From the NCBI RefSeq assembly GCF_964204645.1, contig NC_134026.1, positions 20,184,150 to 20,248,149 on the forward strand: a stretch of DNA of 64,000 bases, given 5' to 3'. The notes beneath the pieces were generated by a model. It worked only from the letters and a program-made list of their open reading frames with translations. It was not told the origin of the DNA and did not search any database. Position numbers and translations under genes: made by a program. This document shows positions 12,301-24,100 of the stretch, in pieces (position 1 is the stretch's first letter; every line of letters begins with the position of its first letter). Origin of the DNA: Tubulanus polymorphus (Eukaryota; Animalia; Nemertea).

Positions 12301-13443
12301 CTAGGTACCACCTATAAAAAAAGAAAAGGGAGCTAACATTTTGACATACAAGAATTGACCTTCTCATTTCAATCGCTCATAACTTCGTAACCCATCGACC
12401 GATTCGCTCGAAATTGGTTTCGTTTCATTCCTAAGAGGTTACTTTTTCGTTTGAGATCTTCCGCGACAAAATCGGATAAGAGACACCCGAGAAATCACGA
12501 CTCAAATCCGAAAAAACGAGTCAAAATAGCCAAAGCCGGAATTACTAGGACGTCTCGGAGTAGTCGATTCCCGACGAAAAACGATGAGTTGACGCGGTTC
12601 CCGGACGTTAATCTTCACATATCATACATCGCTGGAAAGCTTATGAACTGACCTTATTGAAAAATGCGTTTATTTGATAATCCGTTCCGAAACCGGCGAC
12701 AAGCGAGGTGATAATACGCACCGAACCGATAAATACGCACTTTAAGCGTCACTGAACCGCCATTGAGGGTGTGACGTCACGGGCTCTGAGGATTGATAAA
12801 TTCGCGATACGTGATTGGTCGACTGAATATGTCAATTATCTAGCGTTGCATGCTGGGATTTCTCATGACGTCACGCAGTTAATGGCGGCCGGAATACACT
12901 TGGAAATCGTATTTATCGCATCAATCTGGATTATCAGCTCGCCAGTCGCGGGTATCGGAACGGATTATCAAATAAACGCGTCTTTCAATAAGGTCAGTTC
13001 ATAAGCTTTCCAGCGATGTATGATATGTGAAGATTAACGTCCGGGAACCGCGTCAAATCATCGTTTTTCGTCGGAAATTGAGCACTTCAAGCCGTCCTAG
13101 TAATTCCGGCTTTGGATATTTTGACCCGTTTTTTCGGATTTGAGTCGTGATTTCTCGGGCGTCTCCGGTCCGATTTCATCGGGGAAGGTCTCAAACGAAA
13201 AAGGCACCTCTTGGGAATGAAACGAATCTAATTTCGTGTAAATCGGTCGATCGGTTACGAAGTTATGAGGGGTTGAAATGAGAAGGTCAATTCTTGTATG
13301 TCAAAATGTTAGCTCCCTTTTCTTTTTTTATAGGTGGTACCTAGGATACTGGGTCAAATCTATGATTTTGGACCCCCAGCTATCGTAACGAGCCCCTGTG
13401 GTCGGCCTCACTCACCACCAAATTTCTTCCGGAAAAACGACAT
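3233..13443 (-). CDS. AKAP10: A-kinase anchor protein 10 (D-AKAP2), 13 coding exons, 604 aa
   Basis: Exons 13416-13443, 11027-11116, 9313-9876, 8796-8894, 8535-8619, 7917-8040, 7113-7249, 6702-6846, 6217-6331, 5415-5622, 4755-4834, 4033-4076, 3233-3328. All GT-AG, phases match, total 1815 nt. Starts MSFFRKK; RGS-domain motifs KICREDGQVDP, HCKYQIDVLTSGTVYLAD and IESNICRDGGPLP; PKA-binding helix AQEDMAWQIAQMIVRDV. Confidence 0.95.
4033..4076 (-). CDS. AKAP10: AKAP10 exon 12
   Basis: ANGLFSNKKKKDKEK; the phase 1-0 exon needed to bridge its neighbours. Confidence 0.75.
4755..4834 (-). CDS. AKAP10: AKAP10 exon 11
   Basis: KITLGKVDQYGQFTSEFDHEPD. Confidence 0.9.
4914..5260. mobile_element. Helitron/Helentron-like non-autonomous element with about 150-bp internal repeat units
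   Basis: Begins ACTAGGGGTCCAGGGA..CCA.GCCCACTTG, as does the copy at 63517; internal ATTCAACGCCCCCTGGTG units. Confidence 0.6.
5415..5622 (-). CDS. AKAP10: AKAP10 exon 10
   Basis: GSDASSEVS...FNPDTLWERENSG. Confidence 0.9.
6217..6331 (-). CDS. AKAP10: AKAP10 exon 9
   Basis: HYFKTYLRSELFYKYLNELI. Confidence 0.9.
6702..6846 (-). CDS. AKAP10: AKAP10 exon 8
   Basis: YFSLQASTPLG...IESNICRDGGPLPDCF. Confidence 0.93.
7113..7249 (-). CDS. AKAP10: AKAP10 exon 7
   Basis: FMEVEGA...AVDNFQ...AQDDAMIVYDK. Confidence 0.93.
7917..8040 (-). CDS. AKAP10: AKAP10 exon 6
   Basis: HCKYQIDVLTSGTVYLADVLYNDAAMFYFME. Confidence 0.93.
8535..8619 (-). CDS. AKAP10: AKAP10 exon 5
   Basis: KICREDGQVDPHSFVDCQ. Confidence 0.93.
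8796..8894 (-). CDS. AKAP10: AKAP10 exon 4
   Basis: GIEHDAIAIYSKYISLDATHPI. Confidence 0.92.
9313..9876 (-). CDS. AKAP10: AKAP10 exon 3 (start of RGS domain 1)
   Basis: RTKSRLSK...DKDALPYFIQFMD...HLIKFWLESESF. Confidence 0.93.
10232..10630. mobile_element. Helentron-associated (HINE/DINE-like) non-autonomous element
   Basis: Dispersed homolog at about 26440-26810 (AGCCAYAGGCGACAATGGTT...GGTGGCGCACTGGG...CATCAAGATTGA...) with a GACA-type microsatellite near the end. Similar architecture at about 9027-9235, which ends in a TAGCCC...GGGCTAAAA stem-loop. Confidence 0.6.
11027..11116 (-). CDS. AKAP10: AKAP10 exon 2
   Basis: GKSSKKKSPDSTSGRFPPSPSPTDLTNGDM; phase 1-1 with canonical splice sites. 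Confidence 0.75.
12245..13400. mobile_element. 1156-bp non-autonomous foldback DNA transposon (P-superfamily-like CANRG termini) with 8-bp TSD
   Basis: Termini CACAGGGGCTCGTTACGATAG / CTATCGTAACGAGCCCCTGTG; about 470-bp inverted arms; GTCGGCCT duplicated at 12237-12244 and 13401-13408. Confidence 0.92.
13416..13443 (-). CDS. AKAP10: AKAP10 first coding exon
   Basis: ATG at 13443, MSFFRKKFG (compare vertebrate MSFFRRK), donor GTGAGT. Confidence 0.88.
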
Positions 13444-15877
13444 ATTTGTGCAGAATATACGATTACGGTAGCTGTCATGACATTAGGACGGTCAACTCGA
13501 GCGAATAAAGCGCCTGAGACATCGAAAACTTGCTATAATTTTCGGCAGAAAATCCATAACTTCGTCTATTCTGTAGAATACAAACGCGGAAGTACGAGCA
13601 TCACGGGCAAAGTTGCCTCGGACAAACTATTTTCCGAAAGAAACTGGTTGAATATCGAATGAAGAACCATCATTACCAATCCTTTCGCCAGTAATAGTGC
13701 CAAATGCAATAGTAAAGAAACGTTGTGGTGAAATACACGTAGAAAGCAAAACAAAACTGTTTGTAAAAATGGAATGAATTGAAGAATGAAATGTTTTTTC
13801 TTTATTCAGGTTCCCAGTACCAGAAATTCTGAATTTTTTTATCGTATTGATCCTACACCAATGATTGATAAATTAAATTACAATGCATTGTAATCGGTAG
13901 AAAGAAACCTCAAACCCACTTTTCATAGAGCTGTGACATGTTTAACAAATAATATTCAAGAAATAGTAGTATTATAAAGTGGATCGCAAAATGTTCAATA
14001 ACAGAAATTGTTTTTAATCTTCACCTCGGGGAGGCCCTACTATTCATCATTAATAATTATTCTAAGTCTTTAAATTCAGTTCGCTTAAATCAAATTCACC
14101 AATTAAACGATATAAGTTTTTATACCATACTTGTAATTGTAATGAAGATAAAGCCAGACACCAACATATTCTTCTGAATCTGCTCACCAGCCAACAAGAT
14201 ATTAAACTGCCAGTATACATTTGTATCTCAGAATCCTTAATTCAAAAATAGAACGAAAAAAAAAAACAAACACAAAATACTTTGTTATACCTTGATTAGT
14301 TTTATTTAGCTTGAAGCCATTATATTTTGTAATCATTCAAAATATATCAATTATATTAATCCAAGTGATAGACCGAAACTGGACACAATTAAACCGTCTA
14401 GACCAAGGCATTTGGGTATGAAATTTCAGCGCATATTCTCCAACTTAAAAAAACTTTCGAATCATATATTCAGAAGAGTTAATACTTTCTCGATATCGAT
14501 AACACAGGAGTTTACAGCAATTGCTTGAATATCGACAATCTCTCGACCAAATCATCGTGAGCCCATAATATTTCAAATATATTACCAATGCCCAAGCAAA
14601 CAGTTTATCAAAAGTTATACCTTTATAATGATAATATAGCACATTGATTTCGTAATAAATTTTGCATCTACATGAAAGTTCAGGAGAGCAGATCTACGAT
14701 CTATCTAAGCTTATTCGAAGATTTTAGGAGAGCAGAGCCAGTTAATGGCAGATATGTGTAAATAATATACAGATTCAATGATTTCAAAGGAGAAAAAAAA
14801 TAACATACAAAAATAAAAAGTTTCACATAATTTTCTTCGCCAACATTGTTCAAAAATCCCAATTACATTTGTTGTCTTCACCAGTTATTATTATTCTTTA
14901 AGGAGTATATATATAATTTTCATATATAATATAAGCAGCTTTCATTGGATGTTACTTTGTTATGACATGAAATATTCATTTACATATTCAGTTCTTTTTT
15001 TACTGTTTCTAGATTGCAGCATCTACAAATCACACTCTGATATAACTTCGCTGACCACCTAAATTGAAAGATATTTATTTTCCAAGCACTTCAGCGACTT
15101 TCAGGTACATTTCCAATATCTTCAATTGCTTGCATTTACCTGTTTACACTTTTCAAGAGTAACAATAACTTCAAAGATCGTTGATCAATTTTGGGTTAAC
15201 ATCATCAATGACCCTTCAAAAAGAAGTTACATTAATTAGCCTTCCATGGCAGGCTTAGAATGGTTTGGTTGGTTGGTGGTAAAACTGGTCCCATTCCGTT
15301 GTTCTTGATCGCAAAAATAAACACACACATGGTAGACAGACGCATGCCCATTAAAACTGCGTAATTCGAGATCTTACAAAATACAAAACAAAAACATTAT
15401 TCTGTTTTTTCAGGTGTAATCCATTTTTAAATGCATTCTTCAATTCACGTGAATATTTTCAACAATATTTCGCAACTATCCTGAATTCAGCATCAAACGT
15501 ACAAAACGAAAGAGCGTGAACTTTTTCAGCCAAAGTTTCCAACAATTCCTTGTTCATTCAAACCAGAGTCCCAACTCTTTCATAGCGGATGATTTCAGTT
15601 CGCGCACTACGATTTATTCGAAATAACATTTTACTCCTTCGATGACAACAATAGTGTGTATGTATAAAATTTCGCAACGGCCTTAAAAAATCTGGAAGAT
15701 CCCCTACGATTTCAGCTTATTACTATAATCAGTTACCTATCATTTAGTAAACTATCAACGATTAAATTACAACGTAAAAACCCCTACATTTCACAATATA
15801 CGCCAGTATGCTTCCGAAGCGAACAAAATTGAACTAAGCAGACTCTAACATTAGCACCAGAGTGTAATAATATATCG

Positions 15878-16068
15878 AGGGGCGGATCCAGAGGCAAATT
15901 TGAATGACTTGTCACATCCCAAAAGGGAACTTCGATGGTCATAAAGGCAATGTTTGGGTTACTACCACGCAGAAATGCACCAATTATCTTTGCTGATAAA
16001 GTAGAAAATGGCAAAAATTTGATGGACTTGCACACAAGTCTCACGAGTTCCCCCTGAATCCGCCACTG
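15878..16068. mobile_element. hAT-like MITE (AGGGGCGGATCCAG ... CTGAATCCGCCACTG)
   Basis: Short TIRs; a partial inverted homolog lies at about 19935-20005. Confidence 0.55.
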
Positions 16069-16380
16069 ATATCAAAAGAATTCGATATTTTTACACGAAA
16101 AAAATAGCAGACGAAACACAAAATGTATTATATTAAAACATATATATATATTTATTCATCAATAGTAATCGCTTTATTATTTTCATCCGACTTACGCGAT
16201 TAAATTTCCGCATCGAGTTCTCGATGGAGCACGTTTCTAAAAGGGCGGTCGCCAAAAAAACTTTGCGGAAAAAAAATTTCTAGCCAGTCATGATTACAAT
16301 CGCTATAATAATAATCGTAATAATGATAATAATAATTATAATAATTGGAGTGAGATTATTGCTACTTTTCGAATGAAATT

Positions 16381-18112
16381 TTACATGGTGTATTCTAGCA
16401 GCGTGCTGTAGCTGGCCTTAGCGGCGCCGTAATTCGCGCACAGCGACACCTTGTTCTGTTCACGCCAGTGTTTGGCCATTGGAACATTTTCTTCCCAGAT
16501 GCCGGGACTTCGTTCTTCCAGCTGGGTCCAATCCTCGCCGATGACGATCGCGACCGCGCTCGCCTGCGGCACCTGGATCTTGAACGGAATCGACTCTTTT
16601 CCGTGCGCCTCTTTCAGTTTACCGTCCTGCGGCGTGAACAGGTAACAGCCTTCCTTCCACTGCGCGAACTGCTTCGGGTACGGACAGTCGTCCGATGCCT
16701 GTCCGGTCGTATCGATGACGTAGTTGTAGACTCCCGGCAAACTTTCGCTTGTGTCGGTGTACGGCAAGGCGAACAGCTGTAACTTGTACGCGCCCGCCTT
16801 CGGGAACTTGCACAGGAACGACAGAAGATTTCCTTGCATCTGCTGTAATACGTACTGGCTCATATCGTCGTTGTCGCCTTTGCTGGAGTACAGCAGCTGC
16901 GTGGTAACTCGCAGCGGTTGCGTCGTTCTCATGTCGATCTGAATTTCGCCGGCGCTCGTCGTGATGTACGGGTCGTTGTGGCTCGACGTCGACAATCCCA
17001 ACGATGCGAACTTCGGCTGCGGTCCCAGATAACCGGGCGGAAGGTTGGGCAGGCCGCAGATGGCGCTACCGGCTTCGCTGATGATCAAATACTGCCAGAT
17101 GTGGAATAACGTGTTGCCATCTTTATCCGGGTCGTTGGCGTAGATCTCGAGACCGTATTCGCCCTTCGAAGGCAAAGTCAGCGTGAATAACGCCAACTGT
17201 TCGTTCACGATGCGGTGCATCACCGACTTCTCCAATTCTTTCTCGTCTTTTTCGTTGCTCTTCAACTTCGCCATGAATCTCAGCTGTTTCGACATCTTGA
17301 ATTTCACCTCGATCTTTCCGTCGCTGGTCGCGATCGTCGAGCTTCTCTGCAGTGGAACGACGCCGTATCGGTTGGCTGCTTCGGCTGGACCCCAGCTCGT
17401 CTGCGGACAAGGTGGGTATGGCTCGAATTCTTTGCCGTACGGCAGCTTGGCGTCGACTTTGTATTCGCAAACAGCGCCATATACGGCATCCTTGTTATCC
17501 GGATCGACTTCTTTGGCGTAGATCAGCAACTTGTACGAACCGGATTTTGGGAAGCGCAGACGGAAGACGGCGTCGTTTCCGACTGTTTCGTGCATTCCGT
17601 ATCGGCTCAACTTGACGCCGTTGTGCTCTTCTTGGCCGTCGTCAAATGCGATGCTGAATGTGAACGCGAGCTCGCGTTCGCGGTGCGGCGGGAAGCTGAT
17701 GACGATCTTCGTTTCGCCGTTGCACTCGATCACCGCCTGGCGATGGCTGATCAGTTCGAGGCCGTACTTGAAGAACGCCGACTTGACCGGCGCGAGCTGT
17801 TCGAACTCACCCAACGATATCGGACGTTTCAACAGTTGCCAGTCAGCTTCCTCGGGGAAGTGAGTGTAGATCAACTGGGCCGGATTCGGACAGAAATAGT
17901 AGAAGTCGAGCTCGTAGCGCACGTTCTCGACGTTGGCGTGTTTGCCGATCAAACGTCGCGCCGCCCAATGGCAGTCGACCAGACGCCAGATACCGTTGAT
18001 CAGCACAGCGTTCCACGAGTGTTGACCTTGACGACCGCTGAACTTCATGCCTGGTTTGTAGTCGGCACCTTTTGCGTAGCCGGTGATGATCACGCAGTGA
18101 AGGGCAGCATAA
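16381..18112 (-). CDS. hillarin-like last exon (module 2 TGase-like C-half plus about 4 Ig-like domains)
   Basis: 570-aa ORF; acceptor TTACAG ending at 18113; stop TAA at 16381. Confidence 0.95.
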
Positions 18113-21100
18113 CTGTAAAGACAAGAACAAAATCTCCGACATCAACAAAAACTCAATCATCAGAATACATATGGTTTCATTCTGGAAAGGATTGTTTGTA
18201 CATCGCATTGTACAGACAACACACATACTCTAATCTAGGTCTTAGAAATTATCCAGAGGAAGATTTGCATTAAAACAAACAAATTAGTCAAGTTTCAGCT
18301 TGAAGAAAACCTTTCGGACTTCACCTTGTGTTATAAAATATTTGCGTGGGATTCTCTTAGATTACAAATCATAGTGTACTAGAAAATTATTCACAGACCC
18401 CCCACAGGGGTATTTGAAGTTTGAGAGTGAACTGTAGCTTAGCTCATCCAGTATCCCGGGTACTTCTTTTGATATACATAGACCAGGGATACTGGATGAT
18501 CTAAGCTATAGTTCACCACGAAACTCCAAATACAAGCCCCCCCATCTATATCCATTCGATATCATGAGGAAGCGAGTATCAATCGGCAGCCTGAACCCAT
18601 AACTCATTCAAGTCTTGACTGATTGGATCGCTATTTGAAAGTATGGTGATGAAACGTCTAAACCTAGCATTCATCTAATAATACCTGGTATTCTAGTGCA
18701 TTTTCAATCAGACATGTCCCAGATGAGGTTCTGGTTCTGAACACGCGTGAAGAATGGCGAATAAGGTTATAATGTCTTACAGATGTGCATTCACACCTGA
18801 CAATGATCTCAAGTGTGAAAAGTCGTGTCTCGATGGAATAGATTTTCGATTTTTAAACTTTTTATCATTTAGTTTTTTATCTTATGTCGGTTCAGATTGT
18901 TGGTTAAAACCGGCTTTTGAGCGATTCGAAAGAAGTAGGATATTTTTCGATGTAATATAAAGACGTCCTCGAACCTGCAAAGAATCTCGAAAATCTGCGC
19001 GTAAGTCGTCTTGCCACTCTTCAGACCCATCAAGATTTCTTCGGGAGAATCTTTGTCGACGTTGTTGAATGACATCTCGTTCAAGTCCTTCGTACACAAC
19101 CATAAGAAAATCGCTCTGAAAATAGCATCAGAATTACGATCAATAAATAAGCTAATAGATAAATAAGCTAATAAATAAATAAGCCAATCAATCGTAGTGT
19201 TTGAACTTATGTTACTCGATTCGTTTATTTCAGAACAAAATCGAGGGAACGTGCACTTTTCAATCGATTTACAGTTGATCTGATCATAGCAGGTTGCTGC
19301 GCTATCATCGAACCAAAACATTCCCGCTGAAATCATGAATACTCATCATAACAAACACTCATCGGTAGTGCTACTTCCAGCAGATTAGATGAATGAAATC
19401 ATGATCCAGCATTTCGGCGGCTACACAGAGATTCTCACACCTGGGTTTTATCAGGGAGGTGGGACTCCCACCTCCCTGGTTTTATTGAGGTTCAGAGCCC
19501 AGTTTCATGACACATTTTAGCCGCGATCACACGGAGACGATTTGGCCCGGGCCAAATTTGGCCCGTGCCTAATTAGAGAACACGTTCACACGCAAACCAC
19601 TCACTCGATACTAAACAATGCTCATTGATTTAAAATAGAATTCTTTTGTATAAAAACTTGTCTATTGTTTATTACATATAGTGTCTGTACTCAGTGATTT
19701 TACCAGTAAAACTTTAAACAATGCTCAAACAAAGCGAAGTGGATCATTTCCCGGTGCTAGTTGCAATTCAAACGCTATCATTTGTCTGGTGCTAAAATTA
19801 GGCTCGGGCCTGGTCCGACGCCAAACAGGCTCGGGGCCCATTTGGCACCCGTGTGAACAGTTGTTCCGGGCCAAATTTGGCACGGGCAAAATTTGCACGT
19901 GTGATCGCATGTCAATTAAGATGATTGGTGAACCTAATATTGCCTGTTTGGACATCGAAGTGCCCTTTTGGAATGTGACAAGTCTTTCAAAATGGATCCC
20001 CCTCTGCCACCAATATGATGTGCATGCTCAGGATATCAGAGCTTTATGTCAGAAAAAGGTTTATGCACCACGAGAAGAATGACTGATAGCTTTTCAGAAT
20101 GGAATGTTTGAAAACTTCTGTTTTCCAGTAAACACTCAAAACTTATAGTTTTCCAGATCTCCTACGCGATGTAGTAAATAGTCAGTTTTCAGCCCTGTTT
20201 ATATTATGAATTTTTTGCATTGGATACCGGCATTTCAAATGTTCAAAACACGCTATTTCTAGAATATTTTTCTCCAGTAATACAGTCAAAAAGGCTGCGC
20301 ATTCGGCCAATGCTCGCTCCCGATACTAACCTCGCCTTGTCGAGTTCATTGTCGATTTGTCTCTTGTAGATCAAGTTCCAAACAAGATCGTTGAAGTTCT
20401 TGTGTTCGAGTTTGGACACCTACGAAGAGCGAAAAACATGATCAGGATCATAAGTTCATCCGGACGCTTGCCTATAAACCGGATTCATATAAGTACAGAA
20501 GTGAACGTTCTTATTCATAGGGTTCAAGATTTTGAATAGTATAAATTTTTAAGTACAGGCATGCTAGCTAAACTAAATTTATTGAAAGTTCATATCTATC
20601 TAAACCTATCGAAGTTAACTTGGCATCTATACTTTTAATTTCATTGTTATCTTTAAGCAGAAAATGGAATCATCTAAATTTAATTTAATGGCCATGCATT
20701 TAAAGGTGTTGCAACAAATACTAGGTTCATTCAATATGAACAAGGTGACGATACACGTTCCTGTTTATCTTGATTGATAAGAAAATCTTCCTACGAATCA
20801 CCACCCTGTTCCCTATCATCACTAGCCTTCGGTGTCTTCATGAAAACTGCTGATCAATGGTTTAATCAACTCCAAGCAGGCAAAGATATGCCGGTATATA
20901 CGCGATTTTGTTGATTTAAAAATACCAATGATTTATTCCGACGTATAGAGAAAGTAAGTACGGATGTTGGCTGTAAAACCGCATGTACCCACACCACAAT
21001 AGATCGTGTAAGTTGAGTTTTATGGGTATTTCTCGCCAATTTACTGCTTGTATCGTCGCTAAATCATTGATCAAATGTGTAGATAGGCGTATCAAGTGGC

Positions 21101-24100
21101 CAGAAGTATCTTCGTACATGAAAATAAAAACAAGCCGCTAATCGGCTATTCTTTCAAAGGACATTTATAACGAAATGCCTTGTTAAATGCGAGTGCTTAT
21201 TTTGGCGAAACAATTTCACAATTGCAATGGAAAATCCAAATTAGATTGAACGTCGACTCCCTGGTAATGAAATGCCGTGTTTAATGCGGTGCATATATCG
21301 GTGAAATATATTCACAATTACAATGGAAAATCCAAAATAGATTGAACCTTGGAAAAGTGATCTGAAGAGGGTTTGACAGTTAGATTAACATTTTTTGGTA
21401 GTGGGGACATAATGGTTATTTTCATTTGTAAGGTGATTTTCTTCAATGTTTTAGGTGAAGCCCGGGTCCAATTCCACAGTTGAAAGTTAGAGTTAACTTC
21501 GAGTTAAAATTAGTTAATTTTCAATCAAATCGTAACTCGCAACTGTTGAACTGGATCCAGGGTATTGTTCCACGGTTGTTAGTTTAGTTAACTCTTCGAG
21601 TTGAAATCAGTTCATTTTCAATTATATAACTCCGAGTCAAACTAACAACTGCAGAAAACTTTGTGATAGTGCATCGATTATTAGAGGGTGGGTTGACGCA
21701 ACAGGTCGATTCCGGGTCGACTCGCGATAAGAGTCCGGATTCGACCTCGGGCTTTAAGTTCGTACTTACCTCGATGGCGTGGTTATCGACCTTCTCGAAT
21801 CGTTGAACGTTCTCGATGTGAGCCGGTTGCTCGGCGGGCGCCGGCGCCGGTTTCGGGGCCTTCGTTTTCGTCTCGATGCGAACTGGCTGGAAACTGGCAG
21901 GCGCCGGCTGCTCCTCGCTCATCTGCGTGTCCCAATCGGCCCGGCTGGGCTTGTTGTCGAGCTCAATCGCCGCAGCATGCTACAAAGACATGAACAATAC
22001 ATACAGTTAAGCGTTTGATCGAAAAAAATGGCAGATGTGGAACACTTGATTTTTGCTTTGAACGATACTTGATTCGTCGATGCTTTCCGTTTTTTAGACT
22101 GTGGACACTTCACCCACATCTCCATAACAACCTTTTGTTATGATAGAACAATGTCATATTACATTATCGTATGTCACTCTTTGCCGAGTCCGGTAGTTGG
22201 AACAGTTACTACCACAAAATTTTCCACATGGCTATAACGTACACGCAAGAGTAGCCCTAGTCTAAATTATAAAGGGTTGCTCCAGGTTTTTTTCGCAGGT
22301 CCTCCCACCCCGGTAAAGATTGAAAAATTCAACTCATATTCATGCATTCTGAACATATTCGGGCGCTGGTTTTGATAATCTCATATACATGTATATGTTT
22401 AAAATCTATGGTATCTCCAGCCCCATCACTATGGAATAACACAAAGGGAACTTTGCGGGGGGAGGGGGGTTGGTTAATCCAAAGCTTTCCCAACATTTTG
22501 AGTTGATGTCAAAAACCAAGTTCACCCCCTTTCTCCCTATGAAAACAATTTGGGTATTGTCAGAGCCACCCCTACGGTACAGTAGCAAACAAATTTTCGC
22601 AAACTCTGTGTATTCGCTTTGGTTAAGCTTTCGAAAACGATTTATTTTGACTCAAAGATAGAGTTCATCATATAATCAATCCAGCGAAAATAAAATCCTG
22701 AAAATGAACTCATCACTGGAAGCTTTCGAGACTGATCATTATAGGCATTTGACAGTAGTAAGGGGTTTGATCCTACCTAATTTTGTCAAAAGGAAGGTTT
22801 AAGGGTGTTTGCTGAAAGCAAGCCTTTTCATCTAAATACGTATCGATACTTTTGCGAAGTTTCCAGCCAGAAATATCTAGACACTACCGGGAGTATTCTC
22901 TTCATCTAATACGTATCGATAACGAAAGAATTCAATGCAGGAAAAGAAAAGCACCGTTCTAAAGTGCCACTAATAATCGACGACCCGAAGTCACGCGAAA
23001 GGAATTCTCATCGATCGCTTTTAATCAGTTCAAACGCGCGGATAATTTCTATGCTCTACTTAGTTAAGTAGTAGTTGAAGTCGCTCAGATAAACGATAAA
23101 CAGGCTATTTTCGATATAATAATGATAATATATTTTATATAGCGCGGTTATGAAATCTTAACCACCGCGCTTTACATTCTAAAACTACTTTATGAAAGGA
23201 GAAAGTTTAAAATTTAATCGCCAAAGGTGTATATAAAAAGACAAATTTTCAATGTGAATTTGAAGGCCGAGACAGATGGAGACTCTCTTATGCTATGAGG
23301 TAGTTCATTCCGAAGAGTAAGAGCTGAATAGTAAAAGGACTTCCTTCCAATAACCTTTTACGTCACAGGCACATGCATGTAATGTTCTGATAATAAATCC
23401 GAATATTCTTTCCACAGAGCCTAATAGTTAAATGACCTCCATTCGATAACCTTTTTATGACAAGGGCCACAGTTACAGGCGTATATATATATAAATACAT
23501 GTACTGATAATAAATCCGAATATTTTTTCCGCATTGTCGTAAATGTTCATATGTCACGTAGAGTGGTGTCGTTAAGTAAACATAACCCCTACAGAACAAG
23601 TGTTTAACGATGAGCAAATAACACGCCGAAAAGCACCCCCTGACACCGATAGTAAGAACTCGATTCATACTGAAATTGCCACTCGAAAACAAACCTTCCC
23701 AGTAGGGAAAAAATTCGCAAAATTCTCAACAAATAAATTCGATTGTAGCAAACGTATCATTCGCATATATTTTCACACTTCGCAGGTTTTATGAGGTAAC
23801 GGTATTCTCCGAGGGTGAATACGCCTGAAACAATGTTACTTTTCCCATACAGGTGAATACACGTGTAAAACCGAAGCAACTTTTTACTATACACATTACT
23901 TGGTTACAACAATATGCCGCTTTACAGTGGTATCTTGGTAGGAGCTGAGCTGAGTCGTGTACATGTTGCGTGTACCATTCTCTTCGGTATCAAAGGTGAA
24001 ATGCAAGCCACACGGGCTGGTTTCTAATTCCGATCGAAAACTGAACTTAAATCTTACTTTAATATTACTTGATTTTCAGCTGTAGTATTTTCAACTGTTG

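Noticed and set aside
12451-13004. Short ORFs inside the foldback element
   Set aside because: No THAP or transposase motifs; element treated as non-coding.
17123-18273. Long antisense and alternate-frame ORFs (for example 17215-18273 +, 352 aa)
   Set aside because: Shadow ORFs of the GC3-rich hillarin-like exon; no recognisable protein.
19681-20082. 133-aa ORF and similar ORFs at 27653-28061 and 45112-45357
   Set aside because: Lie within MITE family B copies and frames are not conserved between copies.
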